Shown in pieces: positions 17,965-28,355 of a stretch of 64,000 bases of DNA. The DNA comes from Capsulimonadaceae bacterium (GTDB lineage Bacteria > Armatimonadota > Armatimonadia > Armatimonadales > Capsulimonadaceae): positions 1,760,001 to 1,824,000 of the forward strand of contig OZ244065.1 of assembly GCA_965215505.1 (NCBI GenBank), in the 5' to 3' direction. The notes under the pieces are model-generated. The model did no database searches. It was not told the DNA's origin and worked only from the letters and a program-made list of their open reading frames with translations. The translations under genes were made by a program, and so were the position numbers. Positions within the stretch are counted from its first letter, which is position 1. Each line of letters opens with the position of its first letter.

Positions 17965-20949
17965 ATGCGCCCCCTTATCAACGAAGCCCGCTTTAACCGC
18001 CTCCTGACGCGCTCCGCCCTGCTGCCGCTGCTGCTGCTGGCGGCGCTGTCCGGACTGCTCATCTGGCAGGTCAACCACCTGCTGGCGGTCTTCGAGTGGG
18101 AGGGCCACAGCGACCAGGTGATCGCCCAGGCGAATCTGGCGCAGAAGCTGCTGCTGGACCGCGAAACCGGCAAGCGCGGCTACCTGCTCACCGGGGACCC
18201 GAAGTTCCTACAGCCCTATACGGAGGCGGGGAACAAGGTCGGCCCGGCCCTGACGGAGCTGGACAGCCTGGTCGCCGATGCCCCGCAGCAGAGGCGGCGC
18301 GTCGAGACCATCCGCGCGCTGGCGGCGCGGTGGGATGACGACGCCCAGGCCGTGATCGCGCACGCCGGGGTTCTAAACCAGACGGCGCTGCACCGCGCCC
18401 CGGACGACACCGGCAAGCGCCTGATGGACGCCATGCGCGCGCAGTTCGACGGGCTGCTCTCGGCGGAGGACAAGGCGCGCACGGTGCGCGAGGCCACCAC
18501 GCGGCACACCGCGCAGGGAGTCATTCTCACGGCCCTGGTGGCGGCCCTCGCCGGGGGCATCCTGCTGGGCCTGTCGGCGCGGCGGCAGCTCCAGATGCTC
18601 GCCGCCGAGTACGCCGAGGCGACGGCGACCACGCGGCGTCAGGCCGAGGCCATCCACGAGAGCGAGGAGCGGCTGCGGCTGACGATAGATACGGCCCTGG
18701 ACGCCGTCATCAACGCCGACTCGGCCGGCGTCATCACGGGCTGGAACGCACAGGCCGAGCTGATCTTCGGCCGCCCCCGCGCCGAGGCGGCCGGGCGGAG
18801 ACTGGACGAGACGATCATCCCGGAGGCCTACCGGGACGCGCACCGGCGGGGCCTGGTCCATTACCTTCAGACGGGCGAGGGGCCGGTGCTGAACCGGCGG
18901 TTCGAGATCGCCGCCCTGCGCCGGGACGGGAGCGAGTTCCCGATCGAGATCGCCATCGTCCCGGTCCGGTCGCACGGGGACATCTCCTTCAGCGCCTTCG
19001 TGCGCGATCTCACCGAAGCGAAAGAGGCCGAGAGCGAGCGCGCCCGCCTGGACAACAGCAACCGGCTCCTGCTGGAGTCAACGGGAGAGGGGCTGTTCGG
19101 GCTGGACATGGACGGCAACTGCACGTTCATCAACCGGGCGGCGGCGCGGATGCTGCGGGTCACGCCCGACGACGTCCTGGGCCGGAACATGCACAACCTG
19201 ACCCACCACAGCCGCGCCGACGGCTCCCCGTACCCGGTCGATGAGTGCCCGATCTACCGCGCCTTCCAGACCGGGCAGAGCTGCCGCATGGACGGCGAGG
19301 TCTTCTGGCGCGGGGACGGCACCCCGTTCCCGGTCGAGTACACGTCGTCGCCGGTCTCCGAAGACGGCGCGCTGCGGGGCGCGGTCATCACGTTCGCCGA
19401 CATCACGCAGCGCAAGCAGGCCGAGGAAGACCTGCGGCGGGCGAAGGACGCCGCCGAGGCCGCCTCCCGGACGAAGTCGCAGTTCCTCGCCAACATGAGC
19501 CACGAGCTTCGAACGCCGATGAACGCGATTCTTGGCTACTCGGAGATGCTGCAAGAGGAGGCGGAGGAGGAGGGCCTGGACTCCTTCACGCCCGACCTGC
19601 AAAAGATACAGAACGCCGGGAAGCATCTGCTGGCATTAATCAACGACATTTTGGACTTGTCCAAGATCGAGGCCGGCAAGATGGAGCTGTACCTGGAGGA
19701 CTTCGACGTCGCCCAGGTCGTCGGCGATGTCGCCGCCACGGTCCAGACTCTGGTGGCGAAGAAAAACAACCGCCTAGCCGTCCACTGCCCGCCGGACGTC
19801 GGCCGGATGCGCGCCGACCTGACCAAAGTGCGCCAGTCGCTCTTCAACCTGCTGTCCAACGCCGCCAAGTTCACCCAGGACGGCGAGATCGCGCTGGACG
19901 TCCGGCGCGGCGGCGACGGCTTCACCTTCACGGTGCGCGACACGGGCATCGGCATGACGGCCGAGCAGATGGCCGGGTTGTTTGAAGCCTTCGCGCAGGC
20001 GGACTCGTCCACCACGCGCAAGTACGGCGGGACGGGCCTGGGGCTTGCGATCACGCGGCGCTTCTGCCGGATGATGGGCGGGGACGCCACGGTGGAGAGC
20101 GAGCCGGGCGTCGGGTCGGTGTTCACCCTGCGCCTCCCGGCCTCCGTGCATGAGGCGAAGGCGGCGGGGGACGCGCCGCCCTCCTATCCGGAGGCGCCGC
20201 TCCCGGCGACGGGGGACCTGGTGCTGGTGATAGACGACGACCCCGCCGCGCGGGACCTGATGCACCGGTTCCTGTCCAAAGAGGGCTTCCGGCCCGAGAC
20301 GGCGGGCAGCGGCGAGGAGGGCCTGCGCCTGGCCCGGTCGCTGCACCCGGTCGCCATTACCCTGGACGTGATGATGCCGGGCATGGACGGCTGGGCGGTC
20401 TTGCAGCAGCTCAAGGCGGACCCGGAGACGCAGGACATCCCGGTCATCATGCTGACGATGGTGGACGACAAGAACATCGGCTTCGCGCTGGGCGCGACCG
20501 ACTATCTGACCAAGCCCATCGACCGGGGCCGGCTGGCCGCCCTGCTGGGGCGGTTCCGCTGCGAGGGTGCGGTCTGCAACGTCCTTCTGGTGGAGGACGA
20601 CGACCCCACGCGCGAGATGATGCGCGCGCTGCTGACCCGCGAGGGCTGGGGGGTGCGGGAGGCGGTGAACGGGCGGGTCGCGCTCGAGCAGGTGGAGGCG
20701 GCGCGGCCCGATCTGATCCTGCTGGACCTGATGATGCCCGAAGTGGACGGGTTCGAGTTCGCCCGCCGCCTGCGCGAGCGGCCCGAGTGGCAGGCGATCC
20801 CGGTCATCGTGCTGACGGCCAAGGACATCACCGAGGCGGACCGGCTGCGGCTGAACGGTTATGTGGAGAAGATCGTCCGCAAGGGTGCCTGGGACCGTGA
20901 CGCCCTGCTGCGCGAGATCAGCGGGCTAGTCGCCGCCCGGAAAGGATAG
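17965..20949 (+). CDS. Hybrid sensor histidine kinase (TM-CHASE3-TM-PAS-PAS-HisKA-HATPase-REC-REC)
   Basis: [14 protein letters not shown] (CHASE3), two PAS domains, [28 protein letters not shown], two REC domains; start chosen at MRPLINE. Confidence 0.92.
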   Translation: MRPLINEARFNRLLTRSALLPLLLLAALSGLLIWQVNHLLAVFEWEGHSDQVIAQANLAQKLLLDRETGKRGYLLTGDPKFLQPYTEAGNKVGPALTELDSLVADAPQQRRRVETIRALAARWDDDAQAVIAHAGVLNQTALHRAPDDTGKRLMDAMRAQFDGLLSAEDKARTVREATTRHTAQGVILTALVAALAGGILLGLSARRQLQMLAAEYAEATATTRRQAEAIHESEERLRLTIDTALDAVINADSAGVITGWNAQAELIFGRPRAEAAGRRLDETIIPEAYRDAHRRGLVHYLQTGEGPVLNRRFEIAALRRDGSEFPIEIAIVPVRSHGDISFSAFVRDLTEAKEAESERARLDNSNRLLLESTGEGLFGLDMDGNCTFINRAAARMLRVTPDDVLGRNMHNLTHHSRADGSPYPVDECPIYRAFQTGQSCRMDGEVFWRGDGTPFPVEYTSSPVSEDGALRGAVITFADITQRKQAEEDLRRAKDAAEAASRTKSQFLANMSHELRTPMNAILGYSEMLQEEAEEEGLDSFTPDLQKIQNAGKHLLALINDILDLSKIEAGKMELYLEDFDVAQVVGDVAATVQTLVAKKNNRLAVHCPPDVGRMRADLTKVRQSLFNLLSNAAKFTQDGEIALDVRRGGDGFTFTVRDTGIGMTAEQMAGLFEAFAQADSSTTRKYGGTGLGLAITRRFCRMMGGDATVESEPGVGSVFTLRLPASVHEAKAAGDAPPSYPEAPLPATGDLVLVIDDDPAARDLMHRFLSKEGFRPETAGSGEEGLRLARSLHPVAITLDVMMPGMDGWAVLQQLKADPETQDIPVIMLTMVDDKNIGFALGATDYLTKPIDRGRLAALLGRFRCEGAVCNVLLVEDDDPTREMMRALLTREGWGVREAVNGRVALEQVEAARPDLILLDLMMPEVDGFEFARRLRERPEWQAIPVIVLTAKDITEADRLRLNGYVEKIVRKGAWDRDALLREISGLVAARKG

Positions 20950-20960
20950 TGGAGAACCCG

Positions 20961-21338
20961 ATGCCGAAGATCCTGCTGGTCGAAGACAACGAGGACAACC
21001 GGGACATGCTCTCGCGCCGCCTGACCCGCAAGGGGTACGACGTGACCCTTGCGGTGGACGGCGGGGAGGGCGTGGCGCAGGCGTCGGCCGCCCAGCCGGA
21101 CCTGATCCTGATGGACATGAGCCTGCCCGTGCTGGACGGCTGGGAGGCGACGCGCCGGATCAAGGCGGACCCCGCGACGCGCGGCATCCCGATCATCGCC
21201 CTGACCGCGCACGCCATGTCCGACGACCGCGACAAGGCGGTGGCGGCAGGGTGCGACGAGTACGACACCAAGCCCGTTGACCTGCCGCGCCTGCTGGGCA
21301 AGATCGAGGCGCTGCTGGCAGGGGGGGAGAAGACGTGA
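20961..21338 (+). CDS. Single-domain response regulator (DivK-like)
   Basis: ILLVEDN, DLILMD, ALTAHAM, TKP. Confidence 0.92.
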   Translation: MPKILLVEDNEDNRDMLSRRLTRKGYDVTLAVDGGEGVAQASAAQPDLILMDMSLPVLDGWEATRRIKADPATRGIPIIALTAHAMSDDRDKAVAAGCDEYDTKPVDLPRLLGKIEALLAGGEKT

Positions 21339-22753
21339 ACGAGGCTGCTCTGGCGACCCTGCGGCACGACCTGCGGAACCCGATCGGGCAGGTCCTCGGC
21401 TACGGCGAGATGGTCATGGACGATCTGCGCGAGCTGGACAGGCCGGACCTCGTCGCCGACGTGGAGAAGATCCACGCGGCCGGGAAGCGGCTGCTGGTAT
21501 TGGTGGACGAGCGCCTGAACGCGGGCGCGCTCGGGCTGTCCGACGCCCCCCCCGCCCCGGCACAGCCGCCGCCGGCCGCCTCCCTCACTGCCCTCCCCCC
21601 CAGCGGGGCGCAGGCCGAGAGCGAGGAAAGCGGCCTGCTGCTGGTGGTGGACGACAACGAGGAGAACCGGGACGTCCTGGCCCGCCGCTTGCAGCGGCAG
21701 GGCCACTGGGCCGTCACCGCGTCCGGCGGCCGGGAGGCGCTCGCCGCGCTGGCCGACCAGCCCTTCGACCTCGTTTTGCTGGACATCATGATGCCGGACA
21801 TGGACGGGTACGAGGTGCTGTCGCGCATCAAGAGCGACCCTCGGACGCAGCGGCTGCCGGTCATCATGATCTCCGCGCTTGATGAGACGGACAGTGTGGT
21901 CCGGTGCATCGAGATGGGTGCGGCGGACTATCTGCCCAAGCCCTTCAACCCCACCCTGCTGCGCGCCCGCGTCGGGGCCAGCCTGCGCGAGAAGCGCGCC
22001 CGCGACCGCGAGCTGCGGTACACGGCGGAGATCGCCGAGAGCTACCGCCGGCTCCAGGAGCTGGAGCGGCTGCGGGATGACCTGACGCACATGATCGTCC
22101 ACGACCTGCGGACGCCGCTGACGTCGCTCCTGAGCGGCCTCCAGACGGTGCCGCTGGTGGGCGATATGAACGAGACGCAGGCGGAGATGCTGGAGATCGC
22201 CGTGGACGGCGGCCAGACCCTGCTCGGCATGATCAACGACCTGCTTGACGTGGAGAAGATGGAGCAGGAGTCGGTGCCGCTGGACCGGACCCAGGTCACT
22301 GCGGCAGGCCTGATCGAGCGGGCAGCGGCTCAGGTCTGCCTGCTGGCTCAGTCCAACGGCCTGACGCTGGTCGAGCGGGCCGCGATGGACCTGCCGCCGT
22401 TCCCCGGCGACGAGGACAAGCTGCGTCGCACCATCGTCAACCTGCTGGGGAACGCGATCAAGTTCACGCCCGAGGGCGGCACCGTCATCGCCTCCGCCGA
22501 GATGGGCGAGGGAGTCATCCTGTTCAGCGTCCGCGACACCGGCGAGGGCATCCCGCCCGAGGCGTTCAACCGCATCTTCGAGAAGTTCGGCCAGGTGGAG
22601 AGCCGCAAGGCCGGGCGCAAGATGTCCACGGGCCTGGGCCTGACCTTCTGTAAGCTGGCCGTCGAGGCGCACGGGGGCCGCATCTGGGTGGAGAGCCGCA
22701 CGGGCGAGGGCAGCGCGTTCTTCTTTACAGTCCCGCGCGCCCTGGAAGAATAG
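21335..22753 (+). CDS. Cytoplasmic hybrid kinase: N-terminal HisKA-like helix pair, REC, HisKA, HATPase
   Basis: LRHDLRNPIG; LLVVDD...LLDIMMP; VHDLRTPL; NAIKF; DTGEG; GLGL. Confidence 0.88.
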   Translation: MNEAALATLRHDLRNPIGQVLGYGEMVMDDLRELDRPDLVADVEKIHAAGKRLLVLVDERLNAGALGLSDAPPAPAQPPPAASLTALPPSGAQAESEESGLLLVVDDNEENRDVLARRLQRQGHWAVTASGGREALAALADQPFDLVLLDIMMPDMDGYEVLSRIKSDPRTQRLPVIMISALDETDSVVRCIEMGAADYLPKPFNPTLLRARVGASLREKRARDRELRYTAEIAESYRRLQELERLRDDLTHMIVHDLRTPLTSLLSGLQTVPLVGDMNETQAEMLEIAVDGGQTLLGMINDLLDVEKMEQESVPLDRTQVTAAGLIERAAAQVCLLAQSNGLTLVERAAMDLPPFPGDEDKLRRTIVNLLGNAIKFTPEGGTVIASAEMGEGVILFSVRDTGEGIPPEAFNRIFEKFGQVESRKAGRKMSTGLGLTFCKLAVEAHGGRIWVESRTGEGSAFFFTVPRALEE

Positions 22754-23417
22754 CTTCTTCCTGCTTCGCCCGCTCGATGCCCTCCTGCGTCTCCGCCACC
22801 GCTGCGTCCATCTCTTCGGCCACCCGGCGCGAGGCCTCGTCGGATTGGGGTGCCTCCAGAGTCTCCTCCAGCTTGCTTTCCAAAGTCGCCAGGACCTCGT
22901 GCGGGTCTACGGTCCGGGTCAGCGCCTCGGCCTCCAGGTCTATGCGGTCGCGGACGGTGGGCATGTCGCGGCGCAGCTCTTCCAGCAGGTCAATGATCTT
23001 GGCTGTGCGCTGCTCGGTCAGCATGCTCATCTGAAGTTCAAGCTGCTCGCGCCGCTCGGCGAGCTTGCCCTGCCGGTTCTGGGTGATGAGGATGACCGAG
23101 GTCATCAGCAGCGCGCCCAAGCCGATGGCCCCCTGGAGCCAGGCGAACGGCGGGTCGTCCCAGCGCGGCAGGTGCAGGAGCGGCGCGGCGGCATTGACTC
23201 CCATCCACAGGCCTGCCCCGACGAGGATGCCGTAGAAGAACTGCGGGCGGCCCAGCCAGGCCGTCAGCGATTCCACGGTGCGCTGGTGCGTGTCCACCTG
23301 CTGCTCGGCGAAGGCGTGCAGGGCCACCACGGCATCAATGTTGGCGCTGATGGGGTCGTGCAGGGCGGGGGCGGCCTGTTCGCGCCGACGCCTCAGCCGC
23401 ATGGATGCCAGCCTCAT
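22725..23417 (-). CDS. DUF1003 family membrane protein
   Basis: DDPPFAWL...ILITQNRQ...ELQMSML.EQ pattern. Confidence 0.8.
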   Translation of the reverse strand: MRLASMRLRRRREQAAPALHDPISANIDAVVALHAFAEQQVDTHQRTVESLTAWLGRPQFFYGILVGAGLWMGVNAAAPLLHLPRWDDPPFAWLQGAIGLGALLMTSVILITQNRQGKLAERREQLELQMSMLTEQRTAKIIDLLEELRRDMPTVRDRIDLEAEALTRTVDPHEVLATLESKLEETLEAPQSDEASRRVAEEMDAAVAETQEGIERAKQEEAILPGRAGL

Positions 23418-23851
23418 GGCCGCTCCCCGCGCCGCCGCATCTCGTCCCGGCGCATCGGCATCCGGTCTATCCGGCCCGTCAGGTCGCTCAGGGAGACCGG
23501 TGTCGGCCCGCCGAAGGCGACGTGGCCGTCCTTACCGATCAGCAGGACGCGGAAGGAGCCGGGCCGGACGTGGTAGCGGGCGCGCAGGTCCGCGCCACGG
23601 CCCGCCCCCGCGCCGCGTCCGAAGACGTCGAAGCGCAGGAGTTCACGGTCGGCGAACTGCGCCCGGCTCTTCGCCAGCAGGGCGTCCTGACGCCGCCAGC
23701 GCGAGTCAGCCGGGGAAGGCGCGAAGACCAGCAGGAGCCGGTTCCTGTCGCGGTAGCGGGACAGGTCGCCCTGCGCCCGTGCCGACGGGGCCGGGGCGGC
23801 GAGGAGCAGGAAAGGGGACAGCAGAAGAGAGAGCAGCAGGAGCCTGGGCAT
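23414..23851 (-). CDS. DUF4174 family secreted protein
   Basis: Signal peptide; RNRLLLVFAPS, LLIGKDG, IDRMPMRRDEM. Confidence 0.82.
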   Translation of the reverse strand: MPRLLLLSLLLSPFLLLAAPAPSARAQGDLSRYRDRNRLLLVFAPSPADSRWRRQDALLAKSRAQFADRELLRFDVFGRGAGAGRGADLRARYHVRPGSFRVLLIGKDGHVAFGGPTPVSLSDLTGRIDRMPMRRDEMRRRGERP

Positions 23852-24104
23852 GATGCTTCCCCTTTTCCTCCCAGACCGCTGGTTGAAACCTGCGATTTCT
23901 TGACAGAGTGCCGCCCGCCGTTGTATACTAAGCCTCGGGAACACTGTCGCCGCGCTGTCCCACCGTGCCGTTCCGTATCGTGCCCTTTTAATCCTATTTC
24001 CATCAGGGCGGCACAAAAGCGACACCCACGCCCGTATTCGGACGTATCCAGCCTCATTCGGTCGTCAAAATCTAGTCGTCATCAGAAGGAACGCAGTCAC
24101 GCAC

Positions 24105-25154
24105 ATGGCAGAAATCACCACACCCACCGCCCCGGCCATGACCATGCCGGCCGGTGAGACTCGGCTCTCGGCGGGGGCCTCCGGCGGCTACGCCAAGGCC
24201 ATCGAGATCAAGAACCTGGTCAAGCAGTACAAGAAGGTCACCGCCGTTGACAACATTAGCCTGGATGTCTACGAGGGCGAGATCTTCGGCTTCCTCGGCC
24301 CCAACGGCGCGGGCAAGACCACGACCATCAAGACCCTGCTCGGCCTGATCTTCCCGACGGCGGGCGAGGTCCTGGTCCTGGGGAAGCCCGCGGGCGATAT
24401 TGATGTCAAAGAGAAGATCTCCTACCTGCCCGAGTCGCCCTACTTCTACGAACACATGACCGCCTCCGAAGTGGTCGGCTTCTACGGCAGCCTGTTCGGG
24501 CTGACCGGCGTGTCCAAGCAGAAGCGGGTGGACGAGCTGCTGGAGATGGTCGGCTTGCAGGGGACGGGCAAGAAGCCGCTGCGGTCGTTCTCCAAGGGCA
24601 TGCTCCAGCGCGTCGGCATCGCGCAGTCCTTGATCAACGACCCCAAGCTGCTGTTCTTCGACGAGCCGACCTCGGGCCTGGACCCGGTCGCCCACCGGGA
24701 CATCCGCGACCTGATCCTGCGCCTGAAGGAAGAAGGCCGGACGATCTTCCTGTCCTCGCACCAGCTCTCCGACGTGGAGCTTGTCTGCGACCGGGTCTCG
24801 ATCCTGCACGGCGGCAAGATCCGCCGCATCGGACATGTGGACGACCTGATCGCGGGCGCGAGCGTCGAGGTCGTCGCCGAGCGCGTCAAGGCGACGGAAA
24901 CGCAGATGGCAGCCCTGCGCGAGATCACTTCCCACGTCGAGCAGGTGGGCGAGACGATGATCGTCACGACCAACGCTTCCACCGAGAGCAAGAACCGCGT
25001 CCTGGACTGGGTGCGGGCGGCGGGCGGCGACGTGGTTTCCATGACGCAGACCCGGCGCACACTGGAAGACATCTTCTACGAGGTCGTCCACCAGGGCGAG
25101 GTCGAGAGCGGCACGGCCTTCGCCATGCCCCCCGCGACGGAGAGCCAAGCATGA
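24105..25154 (+). CDS. ABC transporter ATP-binding protein (PilH/CcmA-like)
   Basis: GPNGAGKTT, FSKGMLQR, FFDEPTSGLDP, SSH. Confidence 0.92.
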   Translation: MAEITTPTAPAMTMPAGETRLSAGASGGYAKAIEIKNLVKQYKKVTAVDNISLDVYEGEIFGFLGPNGAGKTTTIKTLLGLIFPTAGEVLVLGKPAGDIDVKEKISYLPESPYFYEHMTASEVVGFYGSLFGLTGVSKQKRVDELLEMVGLQGTGKKPLRSFSKGMLQRVGIAQSLINDPKLLFFDEPTSGLDPVAHRDIRDLILRLKEEGRTIFLSSHQLSDVELVCDRVSILHGGKIRRIGHVDDLIAGASVEVVAERVKATETQMAALREITSHVEQVGETMIVTTNASTESKNRVLDWVRAAGGDVVSMTQTRRTLEDIFYEVVHQGEVESGTAFAMPPATESQA

Positions 25155-25918
25155 ACACAATCTGGCTGCTGGCCTCCAGCACGTTCGAAGAAGCGCGCCG
25201 CCGGAAGATCCTCCTGGTCTTCCTGTTCGGCGCACTCGCCATCATGCTCATGGGCATGGCCTTCGGTGCCCTGACCCCCGCGCGCGACCTGAACGTCACC
25301 AAGAGCCTGGGCCTGGGCGTCATCTCCCTGGCGGGCGTCTTCATCAGCATTATCCTTTACATCACCCTGATCCCCGTCGAGATCGAGCGGCGGACGATCT
25401 ACAGCATCCTGTCCAAGCCGGTCCAGCGGTATCAATATCTGACCGGGAAGTTCCTGGGCGGCCTGATGACGGTGCTTGCGAACATCGCCCTGATGGGCGT
25501 GATCTTCCTGGCGATCCTGACGGCGAAGCTGGTCCAGTACCACCAGCCGGTGGCCCCGACCGACCTGGCCCTGCTCAAGAACTTGCTGATGGTCTTCCTC
25601 CAGATGACCCTGCTGGGTGCGGTGGCGATGTTCTTCTCGGTCTTCCTGCCGCCCGTCGTGAACTTCTTCGTGACCTTCGGCGTGTGGCTGCTCGGCACGA
25701 GCGGCGTACTCAGCCCCGACGGGCCATTAGGCTTCCTGCACCTGCACCTTTTGGTGCCGAACTTCGGCAATTATGCCATCCAGAACCCATTCATCAACCC
25801 CAGCGTCCATGTCAGCCAGGAACCGGCGTACATGGGGCTGACGATCGCTTACGCGCTGGTCTATACCGCCATCCTGCTGATGCTGGGGACGGTGATCTTT
25901 GATCGGCGGGAGGTCTGA
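25151..25918 (+). CDS. ABC transporter permease (PilI-like)
   Basis: Six TM segments; EIERRTIYSILSKPV.R...GKF; C-terminal FDRREV. Confidence 0.88.
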   Translation: MNTIWLLASSTFEEARRRKILLVFLFGALAIMLMGMAFGALTPARDLNVTKSLGLGVISLAGVFISIILYITLIPVEIERRTIYSILSKPVQRYQYLTGKFLGGLMTVLANIALMGVIFLAILTAKLVQYHQPVAPTDLALLKNLLMVFLQMTLLGAVAMFFSVFLPPVVNFFVTFGVWLLGTSGVLSPDGPLGFLHLHLLVPNFGNYAIQNPFINPSVHVSQEPAYMGLTIAYALVYTAILLMLGTVIFDRREV

Positions 25919-25920
25919 CC

Positions 25921-27312
25921 ATGAACACCAAATCAGGAAACGGCGCGGCGCGGCGCATGCTGCTCGTCGTCGCCCTGCTGCTTTTCGTCCCGATTGCGCT
26001 CTTGCAGCGCGGCATTGACCCGATCTACAGCAGAAACTACGCGCCCTCCGAAAGCTTCAAGCAGGGGGCCAAGAACCTGCCTGTCGAGATGGCCCTGGGG
26101 GCCTTCACCGGCTTCCGCGAGGCCGTGGCGGGGATGCTGTGGGTGCGCTGCGACGAGTTCTTCCACAACGGCGACTACGAAGCCATCATGCCGCTCATCC
26201 GGGTCATCACCTGGCTGGACCCGCATCAGATAGACGTCTATGAGACGGGCGCGTGGCACATGGACTACAACTTCACCGACTCGTCGGAGCGGTCCGACCG
26301 GCGCTACATCCCGTTCTCGCTGTCGCTCCTGGGCGAAGGCATCGCCAACAACCCCGAGGAGCCGGACCTGTATTCGGACATGGGCTTCGTCCACTACTTC
26401 CGCAAGATCGAGGACTTCCCGCAGTCGGCGTCGTGGTTCGAGAAGGGCTGGAACGTGGTCACCGCGAAGAAGCTCAGCGACATGGACGACCCGACACAGT
26501 TCGAAGAGGCCGACAAAGGCGTCATGACGGTCGGACACGGGCTGGCCCATGCCTACGAGTTCAGCGGCAACATCCCGGCCGCACTGGCCCAGTGGAACAA
26601 GTGCCTCGCCCTGCACAACGCCCTCATCAAGCAGAAGCCGAGCGACTTCTCGGAGGTGCAGGACCGGGGGATCGCCGAGAAGCAGGTGGCCGAGATGCAG
26701 GGCCGCCTGAAGTACCGCCCGATAGACACGGCCAAGCCGCTCGACATGCATTTCGCCCCCCAGCTCGTGCGCGTCGCCCCCAAGGTCTTCGTCCTGAAGG
26801 GGACGCTCGCGGCCGTCGGCGCGACCAAGTTCAACCTCGAAACCGGCGAGCGGACCTTCGGCCCCACCGACGGCTGCCGGGTGGAGATCCGGCTCCAGGA
26901 CGAGGGCTACAAGCTGCCGGTCATCGGCACCTACACGCTCACATCCAGCGTTGACCCTACCGTGACGATCATGCAGGACGCCGTCTCGGTCCGGGGCGGC
27001 AAGATCGGCGGCGACCAGGGCCGGAAGATGGACATGAGCAAGGACCCGGACATGTACTCGTTCAAGGCCCCGCGCTACACGGTCACGCTGTACTTCATGC
27101 CGAACAACCCGAACGACTGCCCGATCCAGGTGCAGGACCGGATCGGCTGGAAGGGCGAGGGCCTGGGGCCGCAGGCGAACCTGATGGTTTCGGACGGCAA
27201 GACGCCGCTGCCGGGCGACGTGACGCCCGTCGCCGGCCTGCGCTATCTGGCCAAGACCTTCACGCTGACGCGCGACGACATCCTGGGCAAAGGGGAGAAG
27301 ACCTTCAACTAG
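25921..27312 (+). CDS. Membrane-anchored helical-repeat hypothetical protein accompanying the ABC module
   Basis: N-terminal TM; GFREAVAGMLWVR.D.FFH.G, TWLDP, GAWHMDYN, EGIANNP. Confidence 0.75.
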   Translation: MNTKSGNGAARRMLLVVALLLFVPIALLQRGIDPIYSRNYAPSESFKQGAKNLPVEMALGAFTGFREAVAGMLWVRCDEFFHNGDYEAIMPLIRVITWLDPHQIDVYETGAWHMDYNFTDSSERSDRRYIPFSLSLLGEGIANNPEEPDLYSDMGFVHYFRKIEDFPQSASWFEKGWNVVTAKKLSDMDDPTQFEEADKGVMTVGHGLAHAYEFSGNIPAALAQWNKCLALHNALIKQKPSDFSEVQDRGIAEKQVAEMQGRLKYRPIDTAKPLDMHFAPQLVRVAPKVFVLKGTLAAVGATKFNLETGERTFGPTDGCRVEIRLQDEGYKLPVIGTYTLTSSVDPTVTIMQDAVSVRGGKIGGDQGRKMDMSKDPDMYSFKAPRYTVTLYFMPNNPNDCPIQVQDRIGWKGEGLGPQANLMVSDGKTPLPGDVTPVAGLRYLAKTFTLTRDDILGKGEKTFN

Positions 27313-27338
27313 ACAACGCGCTTGATACGGGGTACAAT
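27310..27338 (+). promoter_or_regulatory. Sigma70-type promoter upstream of the SRP RNA
   Basis: TAGACA-N17-TACAAT. Confidence 0.6.
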
Positions 27339-27360
27339 GTCCGTGTCAGGTTTCACGATT

Positions 27361-27635
27361 TGACCGTGCTAGGCGGGGCGTCTGCGGTGCCCTCTCCTCC
27401 AAACCCGCATTATGGGAGGCGGAACTCCTGCCCTCGGATCGCTCACTTACGGATTGGCGCGCGCGCGCAGCGTTGATGGACGGACCCGGCGCAACGGACG
27501 ACCTCCGAACCTCGTCAGGGTGGGAACGCAGCAGCGATAAGGCGTGTGGCCCGTGTGCCGTCCGGTGCTTCTGACCGGAGCCAGCGGCGCGACGTAACAC
27601 GTGAGGCAACGACTTCAAAGGCAGGTGCACGGTCA
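27361..27635 (+). ncRNA. ffs: Large bacterial signal recognition particle RNA (with Alu domain)
   Basis: Terminal helix TGACCGTGC/GCACGGTCA; Alu-like CCGTGCTAGGCGGGG...GCGGTGCCCT...AACCCGC; helix 8 GTCAGG-GTG-GGAA-CGC-AGCAGC at 27514-27535; upstream of dnaX-ybaB-recR. Confidence 0.88.
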
Positions 27636-27645
27636 ATATAGGCGA

Positions 27646-27687
27646 AAGGCCCTCCAGGAGCAGCGGCTCCGGGAGGGCCTTTCTTTT
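27646..27687 (+). terminator. Rho-independent terminator after ffs
   Basis: AAAGGCCCTCC...GGAGGGCCTTTCTTTT. Confidence 0.8.
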
Positions 27688-27699
27688 AGGAGCCACGGC

Positions 27700-27933
27700 A
27701 TGAATTTTGCTGAACATCCTGAGCGAGAGCGGATACTTGACCAGGCTCTCGATGCCCGGACACTCCCGGAGATCGCGACCGCCACGCGGAAACTGCGGGA
27801 GTGGGTGCAGCAGAAACCCGGCGACACCGGCATTCGTGAGGCGTTTGAAGGGCTTTCGCTGATGCAGGACATCGCGGAGGAGCAAGAAGCGGAGCGCGCT
27901 CATTCACGGCGGGGAACCGTCGCAGTCGGCTGA
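27700..27933 (+). CDS. Small helical hypothetical protein, paralog A (77 aa)
   Basis: AGGAG SD; RERILDQALDARTLPEI...LREW...EAER. Confidence 0.7.
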   Translation: MNFAEHPERERILDQALDARTLPEIATATRKLREWVQQKPGDTGIREAFEGLSLMQDIAEEQEAERAHSRRGTVAVG

Positions 27934-27970
27934 CGGCTTTGGCGGGATGGTCACGCTTTAGAGGTGAACC

Positions 27971-28219
27971 GTGGTAGAAACCGAGAGCGACGTTGATGAG
28001 GCCAGAGAACGGGTTTGCAAACAGGTCCTGAGCGCCGGCACCCTGCCCGAGATCGAGGCCGCCAAGCAAGTCCTGCGCGAGTGGATGAAGGCGCACCCGG
28101 AGGAGCAGGGAATGCGCTGGGGCTTCGAGCAGTTGTATACGATTCAGGAGATCATTGAGAACGAGGAAGCCGAGCGGGGGCATTGCAATCAGCGGCAGAA
28201 TAGTGGGGCCGGCGGATAA
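27971..28219 (+). CDS. Small helical hypothetical protein, paralog B (82 aa)
   Basis: GAGGTG SD, GTG start; RERVCKQVLSAGTLPEI...LREW...EAER. Confidence 0.7.
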   Translation: MVETESDVDEARERVCKQVLSAGTLPEIEAAKQVLREWMKAHPEEQGMRWGFEQLYTIQEIIENEEAERGHCNQRQNSGAGG

Positions 28220-28355
28220 TCCTCCGCCGGCCCTTGCTCTGTCTGACAGCTTCCGGACGTGTGCTACGGCGTATCTCTCATGGCCGACGCGAACGGGATT
28301 GTTCGCCGGGCGGGAAAAATCTTTCACGCCCCGGCTTGGGGTATACTGAGGGGGT

